The notes under the pieces were generated by a model that saw only the letters and a list, made by a program, of their open reading frames with translations, was not told the origin of the DNA and made no database searches. Positions 57,701 through 64,000 of a DNA stretch of 64,000 nt are shown in pieces. Position 1 is the first letter of the stretch; each line of letters starts with the position of its first letter. The stretch comes from Balanoglossus misakiensis (lineage: Eukaryota; Animalia; Hemichordata): the NCBI GenBank assembly GCA_040954595.2, contig CM082594.2, positions 10,730,276 through 10,794,275 of the forward strand. The letters run 5' to 3'. The translations under genes and the position numbers were made by a program.

Positions 57701-60100
57701 CAATAGCAATACGGCTACGTTCAAATTGATGGGTCCAGACAAAGAGAGCTATTGTCTATCCCCCTCGCAAAAAAAAATGCTCAAATGCACTTTGCTCACT
57801 TTTATACAAGTTTACTTGCGCAGCTATCTATTCAATTATGGCACTGATCAAAATTCCTGGGCATCAGATCTTGTCAATAAGAAAAGAGGGCCAATCGAGT
57901 CATGTTGTTGTCTGTATCTCGATTTTAACTGTCACAGAATCTACAGTTTTCAAGCACTGTGTGAATCAATAGATACTTCATCAACAAATATAATTTTACA
58001 CAACTCCACTCTACACACAAGCTGAAACGTTTTACAGTAAAAAATGTCCACCATGACCCTCACACAAAAGGATTCTGGATATTTTACCCACAATGCAATG
58101 CAGTTTCATGAGGCGCTTACCCAGAAAAAATTAGCATATTCCGGTTATTTTTGATTCATAACGGTTAAGTATCGCATCAGCTTCCTAGCCAAAGTCGGAG
58201 GAAAGATGGCGTTTATTCTTTTTTCATAAACTCTAACCAGTGACACAATTCCATGATATGGTCATAAACTCGCAAATAAAGACCGTAAAACCTCAAGTCT
58301 GCCGCACTAATTTTCGATATTAACCAGGGCCATTTGCACTAAGTGACACTTACAGCGTCCGAGCAATGCTCACATTCTTTACGTCTCAGACATAAAATTT
58401 TATGTTCAATATTAGTTACTGTATTAAAAGGCAGCTATAAGAAGGCATCCACCGAAAACAAGAAACACTGGCCTCGGTGACACTGTGACACCAACATCTA
58501 ATGCAACACTTCTCCACCTCTCATGTTTCAAAATCCTGGCTCCACACTTGCTGTTTGTTTAAGACATAATTTTAAAAGTGCAATATTTGTAACGGTTAGC
58601 GTTTACTAGGGAGGTGTTGCGCAGGAAGGAGAAGTCGTAACTTTTACTGCCAGAATCCGAGCTGGCTTCTCATTGGCCGAGCTGCACTTACATATTACAG
58701 CCACATTTTGACGGGAGTGGAATTATTGTGGAGTCTCCACCTTAGATGTTAGGTGACGTGTTTGTCATATCACAAAATGGATGTCAAACGGCGCAAATCT
58801 TCAGCACGAATCTTCTCATTCTAGAACGTCAGAGTTTGGCAGAAAGGTGCCGTGTCACTCACTGGAAAAACACTTTCAAGGGACCTAGAAACTGCCCTGG
58901 TGTCTTAAGCTTCAGGCATCCTCAGCAAAAGTGGTTAATTTACTACTTTTATTAAGACTTTATGGTTCTACCACATGAAAATGGATAGGATTTGCGCAAA
59001 ACATTACACCTCCAATGCGAGAGGCTTTTCACAGAGTTACTTAAAACATTAGGAACTGTTGCTTGCCAAAGCTCCGTTTGACCCCATCGCTTGTAGGCAA
59101 AACAGGATAATAAAACTCTGACGTAATATTTGACGCAAAGAACTACATCGTGGAGTTATGTGTGTTACACGCCTACAAGCACGTTGTCAGTAGTTCTCTG
59201 ACAAACCACGACTCACAAGTTAGGGGCCATGGATAATTAGAACATACACACAACAAACAAAATTTAATGTACATCCCCTGCCCCATTACAAATAATTTCG
59301 TTCAGCAGGCATGTTTCAATTATCCACGGCCCCTCGCATAGTGAACTCAAAGACACAAATAACTTCATGCATGCATGCATGCATGCATGCATGAGGACTG
59401 ACTAAATTTACGTCTAAAGGTGGCAACTTTGGCCCCCTGTTAAATCAGCCTCACAACGAAGAGTAGCCATTTGACCACTGGACGTCAGGCTACCCCCTCA
59501 GGCAACAACTTGGTGAAACAAATTTCTGGTGGTGACTTGGCTCAAACAAAGCACTAAATCTAGCTAAAGCAACACACTTTCTATGTTTGACATTATTTGC
59601 GTTAAACTGTTGGGTTTCAGTAGATTTGCAAACAAATTTCGAACTGGCAAAATAGCAAAAGATTGATTTAGTTGTATAGTTGGTGATTTCTTTGTCTTGA
59701 GCCCTGCAAGGAATATGTTGAAGCTGCTCGACAAAAACTGGGTTAATAACAGGAGTTTTGTTGCCAAACACTATTGGTCAGACAACAGCCTTGTGACAGA
59801 TGAAATATAGTGGCTGGAAGAATGATTAATGATGGACATCCCATGCTGCTTAGATTTCCTCCGTTGTTAACTCTTTATCGGATCTGAGTATCGCAACCTC
59901 TTCAAAAAATTGTCGCAAAGATTGGGACATATGTGGACAGGAACTGAGTGTGATAAGACGGACAGACAGTCCTGGAAAAATGTTTTAAGGCAGTTAAGAG
60001 AGAAAAGGAGAAAAATTCCTGCAATGACCTACCCTTGAATCATAACTAGGACTTGGTTGACTACTTGAGCTCCATGAACTTCGACCTTCTTCTACCATTC
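2197..60100 (-). CDS. TCF12: E-protein (class I bHLH transcription factor, TCF12/TCF4/TCF3/daughterless family), partial multi-exon CDS: join of 60100-60033, 53444-53330, 37662-37589, 31166-31016, 27033-26996, 16226-16133, 15235-15099, 13841-13685, 13539-13436, 6430-6352, 4890-4817, 2424-2197
   Basis: 12 GT-AG exons totalling 1319 nt whose phases chain without a frameshift or stop. The translation contains E-protein motifs in the expected order. The symbol means closest resemblance (TCF12-like); it may be the single pro-orthologue of TCF3/4/12. Confidence 0.95.
4817..4890 (-). CDS. TCF12: E-protein exon, (A)[24 protein letters not shown]
   Basis: Acceptor tttcaactttccag followed by a second CAG, donor CTG|gtgagt, 74 nt, phase 1 to 0. 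Resembles TCF12 [22 protein letters not shown]. Confidence 0.94.
6239..6309. mobile_element. Miniature TTAA-flanked foldback element (Kolobok-like relic)
   Basis: TTAA-AGG...CCT-TTAA ends with imperfect ~15-bp inverted repeats and an internal 12-bp palindrome AGCAGCGCTGCT (6275-6286). Confidence 0.4.
6352..6430 (-). CDS. TCF12: E-protein exon, [26 protein letters not shown]
   Basis: Acceptor tgtatatttcag, donor CAG|gtgagt, 79 nt, phase 0 to 1. Nearly identical to TCF12 [22 protein letters not shown]. Confidence 0.97.
13436..13539 (-). CDS. TCF12: E-protein exon, (G)[34 protein letters not shown] (AD3 region)
   Basis: Acceptor tttatatgttcaccag, donor TCT|gtaagt, 104 nt, phase 1 to 0. [13 protein letters not shown] is a hallmark E-protein motif. 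Confidence 0.96.
13685..13841 (-). CDS. TCF12: E-protein exon, [52 protein letters not shown]
   Basis: Acceptor ggttttcttattcag, donor G|gtaagt, 157 nt, phase 0 to 1. Contains the conserved SLPPMSSF motif. Confidence 0.95.
15099..15235 (-). CDS. TCF12: E-protein exon, (D)[45 protein letters not shown]
   Basis: Acceptor ttctctctcttctcgttttag, donor ATG|gtacgt, 137 nt, phase 1 to 0. Resembles TCF12 DGTHNSSDLWSSSNGM. Confidence 0.93.
16133..16226 (-). CDS. TCF12: E-protein exon, [31 protein letters not shown]
   Basis: Acceptor cctctattttattccag, donor G|gtaagt, 94 nt, phase 0 to 1. Resembles TCF12 [24 protein letters not shown]. Confidence 0.93.
17487..17511. repeat. Poly-G run (25 nt)
   Basis: Read directly. 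Confidence 0.9.
19534..19552. repeat. (CT)n microsatellite
   Basis: Read directly. Confidence 0.85.
20241..20533 (+). mobile_element. Non-autonomous Helentron-associated (HINE/DINE-1-like) element
   Basis: Starts ACAAG, then hairpin TCATT-gtc-AATGA (20246-20258). Subterminal inverted repeat TAGTCCCTG (20261-20269) / CAGGGACTA (20522-20530), internal GACGGACAGACACA microsatellite-like tract, ends in an A run. Confidence 0.6.
21531..21553. repeat. Poly-G run (23 nt)
   Basis: Read directly. Confidence 0.9.
22503..22565 (-). CDS. TCF12: Alternative first coding exon, Alt domain homologue, [21 protein letters not shown]
   Basis: ATG at 22565, 63 nt, consensus donor CCT|gtaagt, phase 0 matching the exon at 16226. 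Similar to the HEBAlt/TCF4-A N-terminus MYCAY...NSLMYYYNGK. Confidence 0.8.
22566..23100 (-). promoter_or_regulatory. Putative internal promoter and 5' UTR of the Alt isoform
   Basis: Locally GC/CpG-enriched stretch immediately upstream of the Alt ATG, with a CCAAT (ATTGG on + near 23071) and a short (CT)n tract. The TSS cannot be located from sequence. Confidence 0.45.
26996..27033 (-). CDS. TCF12: E-protein 38-nt exon with putative NLS, (G)[12 protein letters not shown]
   Basis: Acceptor tttttccctgtttctttgcag, donor ACT|gtaagt, phase 1 to 0. Fills the position of the vertebrate TKKVRKVPPGLPSS NLS exon. Confidence 0.88.
30301..30388. repeat. Imperfect (CA)-rich low-complexity tract
   Basis: Read directly: interrupted CA/GA/CG dinucleotide runs. 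Confidence 0.75.
31016..31166 (-). CDS. TCF12: E-protein exon, [50 protein letters not shown]
   Basis: Acceptor ccattatttcattgcag, donor CAG|gtatgt, 151 nt, phase 0 to 1. Resembles TCF4 [23 protein letters not shown]. Confidence 0.92.
32818..32874 (-). CDS. Candidate second alternative first coding exon, [19 protein letters not shown]
   Basis: ATG in strong Kozak context (caccATGG), 57 nt, donor CCA|gtaagg, phase 0 compatible with the exon at 31166. Preceded by a CpG-rich stretch. Confidence 0.5.
37589..37662 (-). CDS. TCF12: E-protein exon, (A)[24 protein letters not shown]
   Basis: Strong acceptor tgtttttatctttttcag, donor CAG|gtgaga, 74 nt. Phase 1 to 0 is exactly what is needed between the flanking exons. 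Resembles TCF4 SKTERGSYSSYGRES. Confidence 0.88.
39203..39222. repeat. (TC)10 microsatellite
   Basis: Read directly. Confidence 0.85.
51757..51788. repeat. (AC)16 microsatellite
   Basis: Read directly. Confidence 0.95.
53330..53444 (-). CDS. TCF12: E-protein exon, [38 protein letters not shown]
   Basis: Acceptor cttttttgtttcag, donor G|gtaagt, 115 nt, phase 0 to 1. Resembles TCF12 GFTDSPHYSDHLNDSRL. Confidence 0.92.
59222..59334. mobile_element. MITE, PIF/Harbinger (Tourist)-like
   Basis: 24-bp terminal inverted repeats AGGGGCCATGGATAATTAGAACAT / ATGTTTCAATTATCCACGGCCCCT with 3 mismatches. TTA on the left of GGGGCC; the right target site is degenerate. Confidence 0.6.
59366..59393. repeat. 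(CATG)7 self-complementary microsatellite
   Basis: Read directly. Confidence 0.95.
60033..60100 (-). CDS. TCF12: E-protein exon, (G)[22 protein letters not shown]
   Basis: Acceptor tctctccttctctcgcag, donor AGG|gtaggt, 68 nt, phase 1 to 0. Resembles TCF12 [16 protein letters not shown]. Confidence 0.93.
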
Positions 60101-62094
60101 CTGCGAGAGAAGGAGAGAGAGAAAAAAAGATGATAAATCTGTCAGTCGATGGCAGAGTGAGGATTCATCATATAATACTGCTATTTTGAACTAACACGTA
60201 CGGCGCATCAAACATCCCATAAAATCACTCCCGGAACAACCAACAACAGTCCGGGGGTTGAGGAATTCTGCCAGCCTACACTCCCCACGCACACACTGGT
60301 CAACTACAGTGATGTAAAAAAAAATACAGAGTGCGCGGCGCGGAGAGCAGAGGGGGAAATTTTGAAAATTAATCAAATTGGCCCCGGGGTCACTGCATTT
60401 GACTGGTAGGAACATTAAAGTGCTATATGGTTGTATAAAGTGTCATTCTCTGTGACAGGTTTTATAGGCCACACTAAGCACCAGAGTCAGGGGGAATTCT
60501 GACAAGGTCTCAGGAACTGGCGTGCCCAGATTAGAGACGGATCAAGCGACGGTGTTCTTCCACACACCCTTGAGGGAGAAGCGATCAGTGGACCGACCAA
60601 TAGCGTCTCAGCCGTCGACTGTAACAGTCTGGCTAGGTAGAGTACCGGCCAATCAAATCGCTGATAACTCAAAAAACTTGTCTTTGACGAAGTATCATCA
60701 ATCCATGCATCTTTGATGGGGCTATTAATTGTTTGCAAACTACAGAATCCTACGACATCTACATTTGTACCAGGCAGTAAAATTTACGAGGAATATTTAA
60801 GACTTTTGTGGCTTATGCTCCCACTCATGTGTACTTATTAAACAGAGCATGCATCTGATTAGCGTTGCTCGTAGCTGGCAAACTGGCAACGTTTTTGAGT
60901 TTCTATTTACAGTCTTGCAGAAGCCCCTAAAAGTCAGGTGAATTCACCCTCCTCTTTTGTAGAATGTTGTCAAACGTCCGAGGCCCACGTGATCTGCACA
61001 AACAAGCTCAATGGGAGAAAGTGCCCTCCTGACTATTGGAGAATGACCTTGCAATTTAACAAGTACCCACTCTATGTCCGAGGGTAGGCAATGCCAAGTG
61101 AAGTTTCGCAGAGAATTATACGGCGGATAAACTAGTTGACATTTGAACTCCCCCTTATTTAGATGGCATCCATTCTCAGCGAAATAAAATGTAGTTTGTT
61201 TAGGCACCAAACAGGCAAATTTACATTTTTCACCTTTCCCGGTAAAACAATTTGACTACGAAAACAGCTAGACTTACAAGCTTGTGTAGAATTTGTTAAA
61301 ATTTACCATCAAGCTGACCAAACAAGAGGCATCTATATCAGTAGTTAAACCACCCCCTGTTGAATTTTGAGTGAACATAAGTATTTATGAATACACCAAA
61401 CAGCTTCATCAAGAGGACTCCCCAGCAAATCCACAAAAACAGAATGCAGGATGCGTATTGTAGGCTTTGAATAAAACACACTTGCATATTTATTTCCAAT
61501 TGATGTTCTTGCTGATTGCTCGAGATATGATGAAACTCAAACTGCGGAGCGTGTGCATTACATTAGTCCACTGACGTAAAAAAACACAGGCCGAGGCAAC
61601 ACTGCAACCCTTTCTGGGCTTTAATGGAGTCACTGCCTGCCCACATCCATCTTATCGATCCTATTATCTGCTAAAAAATGTATCTGCATGAAACTTGAAC
61701 TGGTTCAAACTGCGCCGCGCTGTCAGCGTCGGAGAATCAACACGCTGGCCTGGCAACCCTTCTGCGGAAGTGGCAGTCATTAGACACTGCCTGTGCACAA
61801 TTGGGTCAGACGACCATGTCCATATAAACTCCCACCTCCCAAATCAATATTGCCATCTTTTTTATAAAAAAATTCACCATCAACAGGACAAAGTTTCTTC
61901 ATTCTGAAACACTTGGTGCAACTGTCTGACGTTTCTCTCCTGCTCCAAACTTTACCCATCCGTGAAATTACAGGTTTAATTACACGCAGTTGGGTTAGAA
62001 ATTAATGACAGAGTACAACTTTTAAATTTATGATCCATCTCGGGGAGCTGCTGTTTCTATTGTTGTTGATGGACAAGAGCGGAACAAATGAGCC

Positions 62095-62123
62095 AATCAA
62101 TAATCAATCAATCAATCAATCAA
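62095..62123. repeat. Imperfect (AATC)n microsatellite
   Basis: Read directly: aatcaataatcaatcaatcaatcaatcaa. Confidence 0.85.
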
Positions 62124-64000
62124 GCTGTCGATCAATCACGCTACAGGGCCAATTTGGTCTGATTGTGATATACTGCAGTAGTACACAGTGGGGTGACGGC
62201 AGCCGTAAATACAACAAGTCAAACCAAGTGGACGAGTGTTTTACAGTGCAAGAACATCGTGGGAGCCTCAAAAGTCAGCTTTATACAACAAAAGACGTAA
62301 TTAATGTGACAATGGTGCTCTCGCCTGCTCAGCGATCTCTTTCACGATCGCGTCAATCCACCAAACCCTCTTTCTCCCCCCTCTCCCTCCCCCCTTCCCC
62401 AGATAGCCAGAAGCACAGTGACCTGTTCTGGGCACTTATCAATCCCGGACTCCTCCTGATAAAGTTTTACTCTCCTTGCAACATTTCCAAAGCAGGGTTA
62501 TCAGCGGCAAACAAACGTCGTAACAAGCGAGCCATTCAACAGCTCAGTCTAATATCTCCACCACTGGGTCGCTCTATTGGCCACCTATCTCTGCTTTGTT
62601 CCAAGTGACTGGGCTCGCTGTCGCTCTGGAGTGGAGGCTGATTTACGGCCGTAAAAATACAGATAGAGCATATACCCTTCACTTGTCACCTTTTTGAAAG
62701 CATGGTCCTACATGAGGGCTCGCTTTTATTTTATTGACCAAAAATCTTCATACTTTTCTAATTAACAGACACGTGATAAAACAACCCCCACCATTAGTTA
62801 TTCCTTTTCGCAGTTTTATCCGAGAGAGGATCTCTGACATTTACATACTGGACATGTTACGGAATAAACCCATTCACGATCCCTTTGTCCTGAAATTTGT
62901 CTAGGCAGCTACCGTTCCAAATCCCCATTTCCAAAACACACAGATTTGCTCCAACAAAAGTAAACTTGCCACTGGGTTAGTCCACTTGATCGGCGGGGAG
63001 AACCGACGGTTATTGTGGGATCTGTAATGATCATTATCACCACGACCAAGCGAGACAAATCAATCAATTTGCAGCATCTCAGCAGTGTCTGTGTGCAGAG
63101 CATACATCAAGTCCTCCTACTCGACAATTTCGATTAACCCAAAACACAAACCCACTTCTGCGCCGCAATTCACCTCCTCCGCACAATAATAAGACGAACC
63201 ACTACACAGAAACTCCCGGTCCTTGCTATCAACCAGTTGTTCCCATGGAGTTGATCTAAATATTTTGGTCTGAAGTTTATATTACGCAGGTTTTCTTTCT
63301 CTCCCAATACTTAAATGCTTTTACATACACTATTTCTCAGCTACTGAATATCTGAACAGAGAAGTACCACCAGAAGAGGGGAGTACCAACCCTCTATAGC
63401 ACATGTAGCTACAGAATGAACATCTGATACACGTCAATTTCAAAACACAGACTTGAAATGAACACAGCTACATATCCTAATCAATGGCCAAGTTTGAGAT
63501 GATTCGGATTCTTGGAGCTTTATCTTTCCGGCGTATTCCCGCAATGCTTTCTCCGCCATCCTCAACAAAGGATCATCCAATCCTCAATAATCCCGCTTCT
63601 CTTGTTGACCTTTCCCGGATGATTCAAATTACCAGGTACGGGAGCTCATTAAAACGCAGAATCACAATCCCGCGCCCACTGATAGCCGGGCCAAACTTTT
63701 CTCCGTAAACTTTAATGAAAACAATTTCTCTTCACCCACAACGCACACACCTTTCCAGCTTTCCAGGTGTGATTTTGAACAAAACCACACAATGCTACCT
63801 GTTTGTTGGAAAACTTGATGAGTTTGCCTGAATGCGGGGCCAAATGTCAGCTGCTGTCAAAATTCCCGCAGAACTGCCGGAAATAGGCTTTCAAGCTCCA
63901 TAGCCTCAAATTTTAAGAATATTGTTATCATTTCATAAATTAGCTAAGTGTACAATGAGAAAAAAAATTATGTATTGGGGTTATTTGCCTATCCGCTCTG

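Noticed and set aside
62030-62608. 192-aa plus-strand ORF, the longest in the track
   Set aside because: Runs through an AATC microsatellite and a pyrimidine tract and has no protein-like motif; better explained as stop-poor non-coding DNA.
63484-63708. Plus-strand ORF containing AMLSPP, reminiscent of the E-protein AD1 motif FSAMFSPP
   Set aside because: Wrong strand relative to the gene, no LSDLLDF context and no supporting splice sites; coincidence.

Overview
Eukaryotic (animal) genomic DNA, AT-rich and almost entirely intronic. The window lies inside one large minus-strand gene encoding a class I bHLH E-protein (TCF12/HEB, TCF4/E2-2, TCF3/E2A, daughterless family). I traced 12 coding exons by hand between 60100 and 2197. 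All have GT-AG boundaries and mutually consistent splice phases, and they join into an uninterrupted ORF of about 440 codons containing the family motifs [43 protein letters not shown] and [10 protein letters not shown]. The AD1 start exons and the bHLH exons appear to lie outside the window. The protein is TCF12-like but diverged from vertebrate paralogues, so an invertebrate host (possibly a non-vertebrate deuterostome) is inferred, not proven. The best finding is a 21-codon alternative first exon at 22503-22565 ([21 protein letters not shown]) that matches the vertebrate HEBAlt/TCF4-A Alt domain in sequence, intron position and phase. Further candidate internal first exons, a NAGNAG acceptor and a skippable NLS module suggest a vertebrate-like multi-promoter isoform system. 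Introns also carry a few small non-autonomous transposon relics and microsatellites. No RNA genes or CRISPR arrays were seen; most ORFs in the six-frame track are chance intronic ORFs. All comparisons with vertebrate sequences are from memory, not from database searches.
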